64,000 nt of DNA. It comes from Candidatus Aminicenantes bacterium. Lineage in GTDB: Bacteria > Acidobacteriota > Aminicenantia > Aminicenantales > Aminicenantaceae. The stretch lies in assembly GCA_016783445.1 (NCBI GenBank), contig JADHWO010000003.1, forward strand, positions 8,427 through 72,426, given 5' to 3'. Each line of letters begins with the position of its first letter. Position 1 is the stretch's first letter. The notes below the pieces were generated by a model. The model was not told the DNA's origin. It searched no databases and was given only the letters and a program-made list of their open reading frames with translations. This document shows positions 26,137-36,453 of this stretch, one piece after another. A program made the position numbers and the translations under genes.

Positions 26137-27444
26137 GTGAAGCAAGAAATAAAGATTGGAATTTTTATGACTATTGCGATTTTTATGCTTGCAGCATTTA
26201 TATTTGTCGTTGGAGATTTTAGCGTTCTATTCAGGAAGCCAGGTTATCTCCTTAATGTTGTTTTTGATTCAGCTGGCGGCCTAGAAAAGAGAGCTGTAGT
26301 GAGGATGGCAGGTGTAAAAATTGGGTATGTTAAGGACATTAGACTGAAAGAAAGCCGGGCGAATGTTATATTGAGCATTGATTCTGGTATCGAAGTACCA
26401 CAGGGCTCTAAAGCCACCTTGGCATCTATTGGGATTTTGGGAGAAAAACATATTGAGGTTTTACCTGGAGAAGGACCCGGTTTTTACCAGCCAGATGAAA
26501 TACTGGGAGGGATTCCGCCTGTAAGTTTTGACCAGATGGGAACCATGTTGCTTACTGTAGGCGAAGAGTTCAGAGAAGTGGGAAGGGTTTTTAGTGAAAT
26601 GTTCGGGGGAGAAGAGACTAGAGCGAATTTGAGGGATACTCTCAATAATCTGTCTTCCTTTTCAGAAGATTTAAAAGAATTCTTCGAAGTAAATAAAGAA
26701 AGTCTTCAACAGGGCCTCCAGGGTTCCTCTGAGGCTGTGAAAAAATTTGAACAAAGAGTTGATGAAGTTTCCCAGAGCTTAGATGAGTTGATACTTCTGC
26801 TAAAAAACACAGTTGAAGAAAATAGAGAGAACGTAAGGATAAACTTGAAGAGCATAAAAGAATTAATAGACAATATTGAAAAATCGTTGAGGCTTTTAAA
26901 TGAATCTCTGGAGAAAATTAACAAAGGTGAAGGTACCTTGGGGAAGCTTATTCAAGAACCGGAATTGTATGAACGAGCTGAAGGAGCGGTGGCTGAGTTT
27001 GAAAAAGTCATTCATCCATTTTCTAATCTTCGATTTTCCGCAGGGGTGCGGGCAGAATATTATGGGGAAAGTAACCTGTTGAAGGGTTATTTTACCCTCG
27101 GTATATGGCCGACGAGAACAAAATATCTCTTGACACAGATCATCTACGATCCCTGGATCGACCAGCTTACCTACTCTGCCCAGGGAGGTATCCGGTGGGG
27201 ATCCATTTCCCCAAGAGCCGGGATCATGGAGTCTGTAGTCGGGGCAGGGATTGATTGCTACTTAGCAAAAGATAGACTAAAAATTAGCCTGGAAGGCTTT
27301 GATTTTAACCGAAATCCCCGTCCTCATTTTAGGTTTTGGACAAGATATACGGCTACCAAATATATTCATCTTCTCCTGGGAATAGATGATTTTTCCTTGG
27401 CTCCAGAGAGAGAAATATATTTTGGACTGGAAATAGGTTTTTAA
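26137..27444 (+). CDS. mlaD: MCE-domain protein (MlaD-like) with a long coiled-coil and a C-terminal beta-barrel-like domain ending in F
   Basis: N-terminal TM plus MCE domain (VRMAGVKIGYVKDI). The last ~140 aa show alternating aromatic/hydrophobic strands and end ...YFGLEIGF. Confidence 0.65.
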   Translation: MKQEIKIGIFMTIAIFMLAAFIFVVGDFSVLFRKPGYLLNVVFDSAGGLEKRAVVRMAGVKIGYVKDIRLKESRANVILSIDSGIEVPQGSKATLASIGILGEKHIEVLPGEGPGFYQPDEILGGIPPVSFDQMGTMLLTVGEEFREVGRVFSEMFGGEETRANLRDTLNNLSSFSEDLKEFFEVNKESLQQGLQGSSEAVKKFEQRVDEVSQSLDELILLLKNTVEENRENVRINLKSIKELIDNIEKSLRLLNESLEKINKGEGTLGKLIQEPELYERAEGAVAEFEKVIHPFSNLRFSAGVRAEYYGESNLLKGYFTLGIWPTRTKYLLTQIIYDPWIDQLTYSAQGGIRWGSISPRAGIMESVVGAGIDCYLAKDRLKISLEGFDFNRNPRPHFRFWTRYTATKYIHLLLGIDDFSLAPEREIYFGLEIGF

Positions 27445-28799
27445 TGAAGAGCAAATCATCCTTTATATGCCAGAATTGTGGTTTTAATTCTCCGAAGTGG
27501 TTGGGCAGATGTCCCAATTGTGGAGAGTGGAATACTTTGATAGAGGAAGTGGAGGAGGCAGTTGATGCCGAATTTTCCTTTCCACCATCTGATCCTATTC
27601 TTTATAAAGATATAAAAGAAGCAAAAAGGGAAAGAATAAAGACTGGTATTAAAGAGCTGAATCCAGTTCTAGGAGGAGGAGTTGTCCTGGGCTCGCTTGT
27701 GTTGATTGGGGGCGAACCTGGAATCGGGAAGTCAACGCTTCTTCTTCAGGTGAGCCGTGATTTTGCTGCCCAGGGGGAAAAAGCGTTGTATGTCTCAGGG
27801 GAGGAATCCCTGGAACAAATCAAGGTTCGGGGTGAGAGGCTTGGCCTAAAAAATGGAAATTTGTACTTTCTGGCAGAAACTAATCTCGAGCGAATTATAA
27901 CTCATGCTGAAAAGTTAAATCCTAAAATATTTGTTCTTGATTCCATCCAGACTGTTTTTTCTTCAAAGCTATCTTCTGGCCCGGGGACGATCAGCCAGGT
28001 CCGGGAAGTTGCCAATCAGGTCTTTCGGTTTACAAAAAAAAGTCAGGTGTCTTCATTTCTAATTGGCCATATAACAAAAGTCGGTTCTTTGGCTGGGCCC
28101 AAGTCTCTAGAGCACATGGTGGATGTGGTCCTTTATTTTGAGGGAGAAAGAGACCACAGTCATCGCGTCCTCCGCGCCCTGAAAAATAGGTTTGGGCCTG
28201 TCTCAGAACTTGCGATATTTGAAATGGGGAGCAGAGGGCTTAAGGCAATTTCCAATCCTTCCGCTTTCTTTTTAAAGGAAAGGCCGGCCGATGAAGCAGG
28301 CAGTGTAGTAGTATGCACAATTAAGGGGTCTCGTCCTTTATTGGTAGAGATCCAGGCTCTGGTTTCTTCAACGCTTTTTACAGGGAATCCGAGAAGGATG
28401 ACAATCGGCCTCGATCATTTTAGAGTCGCCATGCTTTTGGCTATTGTAGAGAAAAAACTTGGCTTTAGCTTTGCTGGAGAAGATGTCTATGTTAATGTTG
28501 CCGGCGGATTGGCAATTGCCGAACCTGCCACAGATTTGGGAGTAATTATAGCAGTTGTCTCCTGTGTGAAGAACAAAGCCATTCCTCCTGACATGACTGT
28601 CTTCGGAGAAGTCGGCTTGAGTGGAGAAATTCGGTCTGTAAGTCAGCCCTTGACCAGGTTGAAGGAAGCTCACTCTCTCGGTTTTAAAACTGCCATTCTG
28701 CCCCAGGGCAACCTTGATCATTTCAAAAAGGAGGATATCTCGGATATGAAACTCCTGGGAGTTCAAAATGTCAAACAGGCTTTAAGTAGTTTATTTTAA
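27444..28799 (+). CDS. radA: DNA repair protein RadA/Sms
   Basis: N-terminal zinc finger CQNCGFNSPKWLGRCPNCGEW. RecA-like Walker A GEPGIGKST. Lon-like C-terminal domain. Confidence 0.9.
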   Translation: MKSKSSFICQNCGFNSPKWLGRCPNCGEWNTLIEEVEEAVDAEFSFPPSDPILYKDIKEAKRERIKTGIKELNPVLGGGVVLGSLVLIGGEPGIGKSTLLLQVSRDFAAQGEKALYVSGEESLEQIKVRGERLGLKNGNLYFLAETNLERIITHAEKLNPKIFVLDSIQTVFSSKLSSGPGTISQVREVANQVFRFTKKSQVSSFLIGHITKVGSLAGPKSLEHMVDVVLYFEGERDHSHRVLRALKNRFGPVSELAIFEMGSRGLKAISNPSAFFLKERPADEAGSVVVCTIKGSRPLLVEIQALVSSTLFTGNPRRMTIGLDHFRVAMLLAIVEKKLGFSFAGEDVYVNVAGGLAIAEPATDLGVIIAVVSCVKNKAIPPDMTVFGEVGLSGEIRSVSQPLTRLKEAHSLGFKTAILPQGNLDHFKKEDISDMKLLGVQNVKQALSSLF

Positions 28800-28810
28800 G
28801 GAATAATAGT

Positions 28811-29797
28811 ATGAGCATTTTTATTTTCCGTTTTATCATTATTGCATTTATAACAATAGCGGGTTACTTTTTCCCTCCCTTTAATCTTGCTCCATATATT
28901 GGGGCAGTCACAGGCTTTGTGTTGAGTGTTGTTATTGTTTATCTTGAGACTAGAATTCGAAAAAGCCAGTTTAAAATCATCTGGAGCTCGACAATAGGAA
29001 CCTTTACAGGTGTCCTATTAGGCTGGGGGCTGGGTTCAATTTACCAGACGATAGCAGAAGACAATTCGACCACAACCTTCATAAGGATATTTTTTCTCCT
29101 TATCATGCCGTACATTGGATTTTTAGTCGGTACGCGAAAGTTCGAATGGTTAGAACCGCCCAACCTTCTTAGCTTTTTTAGAGAAAAAAGCACGGGGAGC
29201 AGTAATAAGATTCTCGATACAAGTGTTATTATTGATGGACGTATTGCAGATATCTGTGATACAGCCTTTATCGCGGGACCTCTCGTCATCCCACAATTTA
29301 TTCTTAAAGAGCTGCAACTTGTGGCTGATTCTCCTGATGGGATAAAAAGGCAGAGAGGGAGAAGAGGATTGGATGTTCTGGACCATCTCCAGAAGTCTTC
29401 TCAGGTATCAACTATAATTTCTGAAATTGATTTCCCTGAGGTTAAAGATGTAGACTCCAAGCTTATTGAATTAGCCAAGCATCTGGATGCCAAAATCATC
29501 ACCAATGATTTTAACCTCAATAAAGTCGCACAACTTCAAGGAATTCCTGTCCTTAATATCAATGAGCTTGCAAATGTTTTAAAACCTGTTGTTCTGCCTG
29601 GGGAAACGATAAAGGTTTTTATCCTTAAAGAAGGGAAGGAAAAAGACCAGGGTGTGGCCTATCTGGATGATGGAACCATGGTAGTGGTTGATAACTCGAG
29701 AAAAATGATCGGGCAGAATATTGACATAACTGTAACATCCGTTCTTCAGACAACGGTTGGCAAGATGATATTTGGTCGCTACAATGAAGTGTCCTGA
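28811..29797 (+). CDS. PIN/TRAM-domain membrane protein (YacL-like)
   Basis: Four N-terminal TM helices, a PIN domain (DTSVIIDGRI) and a C-terminal TRAM-like barrel. Sits in the conserved radA-yacL-ispD-ispF context. Confidence 0.65.
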   Translation: MSIFIFRFIIIAFITIAGYFFPPFNLAPYIGAVTGFVLSVVIVYLETRIRKSQFKIIWSSTIGTFTGVLLGWGLGSIYQTIAEDNSTTTFIRIFFLLIMPYIGFLVGTRKFEWLEPPNLLSFFREKSTGSSNKILDTSVIIDGRIADICDTAFIAGPLVIPQFILKELQLVADSPDGIKRQRGRRGLDVLDHLQKSSQVSTIISEIDFPEVKDVDSKLIELAKHLDAKIITNDFNLNKVAQLQGIPVLNINELANVLKPVVLPGETIKVFILKEGKEKDQGVAYLDDGTMVVVDNSRKMIGQNIDITVTSVLQTTVGKMIFGRYNEVS

Positions 29798-30462
29798 TGA
29801 ATAGAGTATCTGTTATTGTAGTTGCTGCAGGAGAGGGGAAGCGGTTTGGTTTTGCCAAACAATTTGCTCTTATTAAAGAGAAATCTGTTTTAGACTGGTG
29901 CCTGGAAAAATTTGAAGTTCATGAGCAGGTTACAGATATTATCCTGGTGCTTAAGGAAAAAACCAAGGAGGAAAGGTTCCTGAAGAGATACAGAAAGATC
30001 GTGGCCGTTGCTAGAGGAGGAAGAAAGAGGCAAGATTCTGTCCTGTCAGGATTTAACCAGATTAACCCAAAAAAAACAGAAATTGTATTAGTCCACGACG
30101 GAGTTAGACCTTTAGTTGAGGAAGATTTAATAAGCCGGGTCATTGAGGCAGCCCGTACAAAAGGAGCCGTTGTTCCCGCAATTCCGGTGAAGGATACTAT
30201 TAAACTTGTCGAAGGACAGGAAGTAATCCGAACACTGGACAGAGATAAACTTTTCAGAATTCAAACGCCACAGGGATTTTTGTACTCCATCCTTAAAAAG
30301 GCGCTGAATAAGGCAAAAGAAGAGAATTTTTATGGGAATGATGAGGCATCCCTGGTGGAAAGAGTCGGCGAGACAGTATCCATTATTCAAGGAGATTCAA
30401 AAAATATTAAAATAACAACGCCTGAAGACCTGAAAATCTTGGAGGCTTTTTATGAAAGTTAA
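29797..30462 (+). CDS. ispD: 2-C-methyl-D-erythritol 4-phosphate cytidylyltransferase
   Basis: VIVVAAGEGKRFG motif. Monofunctional (not an IspDF fusion). Confidence 0.85.
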   Translation: MNRVSVIVVAAGEGKRFGFAKQFALIKEKSVLDWCLEKFEVHEQVTDIILVLKEKTKEERFLKRYRKIVAVARGGRKRQDSVLSGFNQINPKKTEIVLVHDGVRPLVEEDLISRVIEAARTKGAVVPAIPVKDTIKLVEGQEVIRTLDRDKLFRIQTPQGFLYSILKKALNKAKEENFYGNDEASLVERVGETVSIIQGDSKNIKITTPEDLKILEAFYES

Positions 30463-30943
30463 AGCCGGACTTGGATATGATATACACAGGTTAGAAGAAG
30501 GGCAAAAACTTTTTTTAGGTGGAGTAAAGATAAATTTCCCAAAAGGATTGAGGGGGCACTCTGATGGAGATTGTTTGATTCATGCCATCATAGACGCTCT
30601 TCTTGGAACCCTGGGAGAAAAGGATATAGGGCAAGTTTTTCCCGATACAGATCCGAATTATACAGATATTCGAAGCACTGAATTACTGAAGGAAGTTGTT
30701 GGCAGGATTAAAGAGAAGAACATAAAGATTCTGAGCATCGATTCGATTATCATCGCAGAGGAACCTAAACTGGCACAGTATATTCCCCAGATGAAAGAAA
30801 TTTTATGCCCAATTCTGGAAATCGGGAGTGATATCTTAGGGATAAAAGCAAAGACCAATGAAGGATTGGGGATTATAGGCCGGGGAGAAGCGATTGTCTC
30901 CTGGGCTCAAGTTCTTACAGGAGAAAAAAGCCCGGAGACATAA
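30452..30943 (+). CDS. ispF: 2-C-methyl-D-erythritol 2,4-cyclodiphosphate synthase
   Basis: GYDIHRL...HSDGD zinc-binding motifs. Confidence 0.9.
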   Translation: MKVKAGLGYDIHRLEEGQKLFLGGVKINFPKGLRGHSDGDCLIHAIIDALLGTLGEKDIGQVFPDTDPNYTDIRSTELLKEVVGRIKEKNIKILSIDSIIIAEEPKLAQYIPQMKEILCPILEIGSDILGIKAKTNEGLGIIGRGEAIVSWAQVLTGEKSPET

Positions 30944-30979
30944 AAGAAGTAACAAAAAAAAGATTGAAGACCAAATCTT

Positions 30980-32476
30980 ATGGAAAAAGTTAGAGTCCGT
31001 TTTGCACCCAGTCCAACCGGTTTTCTCCATGTTGGAAACGCAAGGACTGCTCTTTTTAACTGGCTTTTTGCGCGCCAGAAAAGAGGAGTTTTTATCTTAA
31101 GAATCGAAGATACCGATATAGAGAGATCAACTGCAGAATATGAAAAAAGATTGGGAGAAGACCTCCAGTGGTTAGGGCTAGATTGGAATGAAGGCCCTGA
31201 TGTTGGAGGGGAATTTGGTCCATACCGGCAATCCCTGCGATTAGAGCTCTACAAGAAATACACGCAAAAATTACTGGAAGAGGAAAAAGCTTATTATTGT
31301 TTTTGCTCACCTGCGGAGCTTGAAGAAGAAAGAAAAAAGGCCCTGGCTTCAGAAAAAATGCCGGTTTACGGTGGCAAGTGTCGGTCCATTACTCTGGAGG
31401 AAGCGAAAAGAAGACTTGCTGCAGGAGAGCAAGCAACAGTCAGGCTGCGGACAGAAAGTCAAGGGAACATCAGTTACCTCGATTTAGTAAGGGGGCAGCT
31501 CTCTTTTGATTTACAGCTAATCGGAGACCCGATCCTGGTTCGTTCAAATGAACTTCCCGCCTACAATTATGCAGTTGTAATTGATGATTTTATGATGAAA
31601 ATTACCCACGTTATCAGGGGTGAAGATCATATCTCCAATACTCCTCGACAACTTTTGACCTACAACGCTCTTTCTTTCCCTCCTCCGCAGTTTGCCCACC
31701 TTTCTATGGTTTTGGGCAGGGATAATACACGTTTAAGCAAGCGTCATGGAGCAACAGCTGTCAATCAGTTTGAAAAACAAGGAATCCTTTCTTCTGCACT
31801 TTTTAATTACTTGGCTTTGTTAGGGTGGGCACCACCCGAAGGAAAAGAAGTGCTCGGGAAAGATGAACTCGTTGCACTTTTTAATTTAAAGAAAGTCAGC
31901 CGTTCTTCTGCTATTTTTGATCATGACAAACTTGCTTGGATTAACAGGCAGCACATAAAAAACCTCTCTTCCAAAAAGAAAGTTGAGCTGGCCTATATCC
32001 ATTTGAAGGAAACCAGGTTATTACCAGAAGACATGACAGGTCCTCACTGGGAATGGTTTCAGAGGGCAGTTGAAGTATTGATAGAGCGTGTTGACCGATT
32101 TTCTGATTTTCATCAGGAGATTGTTGTGTTTTTTAAGTTCTCTCCCCCAGAGATGGAGAAAAAAATCAAAGAGGAAATAAAAACAAAAGAGGCGTTTAAA
32201 GTTATAAAAGTTTTTAGTGAAAAGATTTCACAGACGGAAAGATTTGATTATGATAAATTTTCTGCTTTAGTACAGGAGATAAAAAAAGAGACTGGCTGCA
32301 AGGGCAGGGATCTCTACCATCCGCTTCGGATTGCCCTTACGGCCAGAGGTTCAGGGCTGGAACTGGACAAATTCATTCCTTTGGTTGAAGAAGGGGCAAA
32401 ACTGAACTTTCCTGTGCCCATTAAAAATTGTTCCCAACGGGTATCTGAAGTAATGGATTTTTTGAAGAGATCCTGA
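30980..32476 (+). CDS. gltX: Glutamyl-tRNA synthetase
   Basis: Class I HIGH (PSPTGFLHVGN) and KMSKS-like (RLSKRHG) motifs. GluRS C-terminal anticodon-binding domain. Confidence 0.9.
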   Translation: MEKVRVRFAPSPTGFLHVGNARTALFNWLFARQKRGVFILRIEDTDIERSTAEYEKRLGEDLQWLGLDWNEGPDVGGEFGPYRQSLRLELYKKYTQKLLEEEKAYYCFCSPAELEEERKKALASEKMPVYGGKCRSITLEEAKRRLAAGEQATVRLRTESQGNISYLDLVRGQLSFDLQLIGDPILVRSNELPAYNYAVVIDDFMMKITHVIRGEDHISNTPRQLLTYNALSFPPPQFAHLSMVLGRDNTRLSKRHGATAVNQFEKQGILSSALFNYLALLGWAPPEGKEVLGKDELVALFNLKKVSRSSAIFDHDKLAWINRQHIKNLSSKKKVELAYIHLKETRLLPEDMTGPHWEWFQRAVEVLIERVDRFSDFHQEIVVFFKFSPPEMEKKIKEEIKTKEAFKVIKVFSEKISQTERFDYDKFSALVQEIKKETGCKGRDLYHPLRIALTARGSGLELDKFIPLVEEGAKLNFPVPIKNCSQRVSEVMDFLKRS

Positions 32477-32500
32477 TCCCTTAAATTCTGGGAGAGCACT

Positions 32501-34255
32501 ATGAAGAATTCCCCATCAGGAAGAAAAAAAGAAAAAAAGCCAAAAAATAGAATTGTGGCTGATTCAGGACCTCCTCCCAATTTTATACGGGATATTATCG
32601 AGAAAGATTTAAAGGATAATAAAAACGAAGGCCGAGTTCATACTCGGTTTCCTCCGGAGCCAAACGGCTACCTTCATATTGGACATGCTAAGTCCATCTG
32701 CCTTAATTTTGGACTTGCTGCTGAATACAGAGGTCTTTGTAATTTGAGGTTTGATGATACAAATCCCAGCAAAGAGGAAGTTGAATATGTGGAATCCATA
32801 AAATACGACGTTCGGTGGCTGGGATTTGATTGGGAAAATCGGGAGTACTATGCGTCTGACTATTTTGAGCAGCTCTATCAATATGCCATCCAGTTAATCA
32901 AAGGAGGAAAGGCTTATGTATGCAGCTTGAGCGCGGATGAGATCAGAGAATACCGTGGTACGCTAACTGAACCCGGAAAGGATAGTCCCTACCGTGAGAG
33001 ATCAATCGAAGAGAGCCTGGATATGTTTGTGTGCATGAGGAAAGGAGAATTCCCGGACGGTTCGCACGTACTTCGGGCTAAAATTGATATGGCATCTCCA
33101 AATTTAAATATGCGGGATCCAGTCATTTATAGGATCATGAAAGCATCTCATCACAGAACAGGTGATAAATGGTGTATTTATCCTATGTACGACTTTGCCC
33201 ATGGCCTTTCAGACTCCATTGAAGGAATAACCCATTCTATTTGCACACTGGAATTTGAAGATCATCGTCCCTTGTATGATTGGTTTTTAGATCAACTAGA
33301 TGTCTTTCATTCCCAGCAGATTGAGTTTGCCCGCCTTAATCTCGGTTACACTGTGATGAGCAAGCGAAAACTTCTGGGATTGGTGGAAGAAGGCTTTATG
33401 ACAGGGTGGGATGACCCGCGGATGCCAACAATATCTGGTTTACGGAGGCGTGGTTATACACCTGAATCTATAAGAGATTTTTGTGAGAGGATCGGAGTAG
33501 CCAAAAAAGAGAGTACGGTTGATATCACGCTACTTGAGCACTGCCTCCGTGAAGATCTAAATCAAAGGGCCCCGCGAGTTATGGCAGTACTGCGTCCTTT
33601 ACGCTTGGTTATTGACAACTATCCAGAGCGTAAGATGGAAGAACTGGATGCCGTTAATAATCCTGAGGATTCCAGTATGGGATCGCGGAAAATTCCATTT
33701 TCTCGTGTGCTTTATATTGAAAGGGAGGATTTTCGCGAGATTCCGCCAAAAAAGTGGTTCCGCCTGTCCCCAGGTAGTGAAGTGCGGTTAAAACACGCCT
33801 ATTATATCACCTGCGGGGATGTAGTGAAGGAAAATCAAACAGGCGAAATTATTGAATTACACTGCACTTATGATCCGGAATCGCGTGGGGGCTGGACGAA
33901 GGATGAACGAAAGGTCAAGGGAACATTACACTGGGTTTCCGCTGCACACTCACTAAAAACAGAAGTACGATTGTATGACCACCTCTTCTCGAAAGCAGAT
34001 CCTGACAATGTAGAGGAGGGTTCTGATTTTAAAACTTTCTTGAATCCAAACTCATCGGAGACCCTGACTTCTTGCCGGATTGAACAAAGCCTTAAAAATG
34101 CAAAACCGGGAAGTCGTTACCAGTTTATGAGACAGGGGTATTTCTGTGTAGATTCTGTTGATTCTTCCCATGATACACTCGTGTTTAATCGGACGGCAAC
34201 TCTCCGTGATACTTGGGCCAAGATTGAGAAGGCTCAGAAGAAAACAGAGAAATAA
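32501..34255 (+). CDS. glnS: Glutaminyl-tRNA synthetase
   Basis: [18 protein letters not shown] motif, VMSKR motif, GlnRS beta-barrel anticodon domains. Confidence 0.9.
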   Translation: MKNSPSGRKKEKKPKNRIVADSGPPPNFIRDIIEKDLKDNKNEGRVHTRFPPEPNGYLHIGHAKSICLNFGLAAEYRGLCNLRFDDTNPSKEEVEYVESIKYDVRWLGFDWENREYYASDYFEQLYQYAIQLIKGGKAYVCSLSADEIREYRGTLTEPGKDSPYRERSIEESLDMFVCMRKGEFPDGSHVLRAKIDMASPNLNMRDPVIYRIMKASHHRTGDKWCIYPMYDFAHGLSDSIEGITHSICTLEFEDHRPLYDWFLDQLDVFHSQQIEFARLNLGYTVMSKRKLLGLVEEGFMTGWDDPRMPTISGLRRRGYTPESIRDFCERIGVAKKESTVDITLLEHCLREDLNQRAPRVMAVLRPLRLVIDNYPERKMEELDAVNNPEDSSMGSRKIPFSRVLYIEREDFREIPPKKWFRLSPGSEVRLKHAYYITCGDVVKENQTGEIIELHCTYDPESRGGWTKDERKVKGTLHWVSAAHSLKTEVRLYDHLFSKADPDNVEEGSDFKTFLNPNSSETLTSCRIEQSLKNAKPGSRYQFMRQGYFCVDSVDSSHDTLVFNRTATLRDTWAKIEKAQKKTEK

Positions 34256-34282
34256 GAAGGCGGGTGTTTAGAAAAATAAAAA

Positions 34283-35011
34283 TTGGATAAAATAAGCCGT
34301 CTAAACTCGCTTCTAGAGGCGATTAAGTCTTCTCCACAGCGTATAAACAAAGTCTTCATCCAAAAAGACACAAAAAAGAAAAAGATCGCAGAAATCATCA
34401 AACAGGCCAGAGCTAAACATGTCCCTTTTCTCTTTGCTCCCAAGCAAACGCTCGACAGGATAGACAGAAGCCATCAGGGTGCAGTAGCCCTTATTGCGCC
34501 CAAAGAGTTCTCTTCTCTCGAATCCATGTTATCTTCAACAAAGGTCCCCTTTCTTGTTTTGCTGGATGGGATAGAGGATCCTCAGAATTTAGGGGCAATA
34601 GTCCGGACTTCTGAAGGAGCAGGTGTGGATGGAATAATACTTCCTGAAAGAAGATCTGTGGGTCTGACCAATACGGTCTCTCTGGTATCGGCCGGAGCTC
34701 TGGAATATATTAAAGTGGCCAGGGTTAAAAATTTGGTCAGAACGATGGATGTTTTAAAAGACCAAGGAGTGTGGTTGGTTGGGGCAGAAGGTGGGGAAAA
34801 AGGACTCTGGCATGAATTTGATTACACCCTCCCCGTAGGATTGGTTTTTGGTTCCGAGGGGAAGGGGCTGCGCCCCCTTGTTCGTAAAAAATGTGATAAG
34901 ATCCTTTCTATTCCTCTTCTGGGCAGTATAACATCTCTCAATGTTTCAGCTGCTGCCTCGATTTTTATTTATGAGGTTATCAGACAAAGAAAAAAAACAG
35001 AAAATGAATAA
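34283..35011 (+). CDS. rlmB: SpoU/TrmH-family rRNA 2'-O-methyltransferase (RlmB-like)
   Basis: SPOUT motifs (GIEDPQNLGAIVRT, LVFGSEGKG, LNVSAAASIFIYE). Confidence 0.75.
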   Translation: MDKISRLNSLLEAIKSSPQRINKVFIQKDTKKKKIAEIIKQARAKHVPFLFAPKQTLDRIDRSHQGAVALIAPKEFSSLESMLSSTKVPFLVLLDGIEDPQNLGAIVRTSEGAGVDGIILPERRSVGLTNTVSLVSAGALEYIKVARVKNLVRTMDVLKDQGVWLVGAEGGEKGLWHEFDYTLPVGLVFGSEGKGLRPLVRKKCDKILSIPLLGSITSLNVSAAASIFIYEVIRQRKKTENE

Positions 35012-35053
35012 ATCCGGAATAAAAAGAGTAGTAATAAGAGTAAAAGAGGAAAG

Positions 35054-35656
35054 ATGTCAGAAGAAACAGCACTCCAGAGAGACCTTGTTATCCACAGGGG
35101 CGGGATTTTAGTGAGAGAAGATAAGGTCCTTTCTGAAAAAGAGGTTCTTGAGCTTGTAAAAAAAGGAGACAGAGAAGCTTATCAAGAGATTGTAGTTCGC
35201 TATATGAAGAGGGCTTATTATATCGCTCTTGGATTTGTCCAAAATCCTCAGGATGCCATGGATCTTTCCCAGGAGTCTTTTATAAGAGCTTTCCGTAAAA
35301 TAAAAAGTTTTAACACCAAGATGCCATTTTTTCCCTGGTTTTACAGGCTTATGAAAAACCTCTGTATTGATTTTCTTAAACGAAGCACCCACCATAAAGA
35401 AGTTCCCCTTGAAGAAGTTCATGTTCTGAAAGAAGAAAGAGAAGATAGAGAACTCAAGGAAGTGTTGTGGAGAGGAATCGAGAAACTTCCAATGGAACAA
35501 AAAGAGGTCGTTATTCTTCGCTATTTTCAACAGATGTCTTATCAGGAGATTGCAGAAATGACAGGCAAGCCTGCAGGAACTGTCATGTCTTCTCTTTTTT
35601 ATGCGAAAAAAAGGCTAAAAAAAATAATCGGTGGATTTTTTGGCATAAGGGAATGA
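35054..35656 (+). CDS. ECF-subfamily RNA polymerase sigma factor
   Basis: Sigma70 region 2 (YIALGFVQNPQDAMDLSQESFIRAF) and region 4 helix-turn-helix (MSYQEIAEMTGKPAGTVMSSLFYAKKRL). Confidence 0.8.
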   Translation: MSEETALQRDLVIHRGGILVREDKVLSEKEVLELVKKGDREAYQEIVVRYMKRAYYIALGFVQNPQDAMDLSQESFIRAFRKIKSFNTKMPFFPWFYRLMKNLCIDFLKRSTHHKEVPLEEVHVLKEEREDRELKEVLWRGIEKLPMEQKEVVILRYFQQMSYQEIAEMTGKPAGTVMSSLFYAKKRLKKIIGGFFGIRE

Positions 35657-35672
35657 TGTAAGGGAGAGTATT

Positions 35673-36119
35673 ATGGATCATCAACAAATAAAAAAACTCA
35701 TTTCTTCATATTATGATGGGGAATTGGACGAGGAACAGAAAAAGATTATCAAGAAACATTTAGAAGATTGTCCTGAATGTCAAAAAGAATTTGAGGAGAT
35801 GGGAAAATTTGAGGAGGTGATGAGTAAAATGGAGCTAAAAAAACCACCAAAGGAAGCATGGAAGATTTACTGGACTTCAGTGTATAACCGGTTGGAAAGG
35901 AGGATCGGGTGGATTTTGTTCTCCATCGGTGTTATGATTCTTCTCTTTTTTGGCGGCTACAAAATGGTGGAAGAGATCATCAAAGATCCTTCCATTTCCT
36001 TTCTTTTAAAAGCAGGCATTTTGGCTGTATTAGGAGGAGTTGTTGTTTTATTAGTTTCACTGATAAGGGAGCAGCTTTTTGTCCGAAAAAGAGAAAGGTA
36101 TAAGGAGGTCGAAAAATGA
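35673..36119 (+). CDS. Putative zinc-finger (zf-HC2) membrane anti-sigma factor
   Basis: HLEDCPECQKEF motif and a single TM helix. Immediately downstream of the ECF sigma gene. Confidence 0.55.
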   Translation: MDHQQIKKLISSYYDGELDEEQKKIIKKHLEDCPECQKEFEEMGKFEEVMSKMELKKPPKEAWKIYWTSVYNRLERRIGWILFSIGVMILLFFGGYKMVEEIIKDPSISFLLKAGILAVLGGVVVLLVSLIREQLFVRKRERYKEVEK

Positions 36120-36430
36120 TCATGGTAACAAGTGATTTTATTGCCGGGAAAACTATTAAAAAGACACTAGGTCTTGTTAGAGGAAACACTATTCGTGCCC
36201 GTCACATTGGGAGAGATATTAAGGCAGCTCTCAAGAATATTGTGGGAGGAGAAATTACGGACTATACAAAAATGATGGCTGAGTCGAGAGAACAAGCTCT
36301 TGATCGAATGGTTGAGGAAGCTGAGGGATTGGAAGCCAACGCCATTATCAATGTTCGTTTTACAACTTCTATGATCATGCAAAGTGCCTCTGAAATTTTA
36401 GCCTTTGGCACAGCCGTAATAGTTGAATAA
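36116..36430 (+). CDS. ybjQ: YbjQ/UPF0145-family protein
   Basis: 104 aa, a full-length match to the YbjQ domain. ATGA overlap with the anti-sigma gene. Confidence 0.8.
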   Translation: MIMVTSDFIAGKTIKKTLGLVRGNTIRARHIGRDIKAALKNIVGGEITDYTKMMAESREQALDRMVEEAEGLEANAIINVRFTTSMIMQSASEILAFGTAVIVE

Positions 36431-36453
36431 AAGATAGAGAATAGAAAGAGGGA

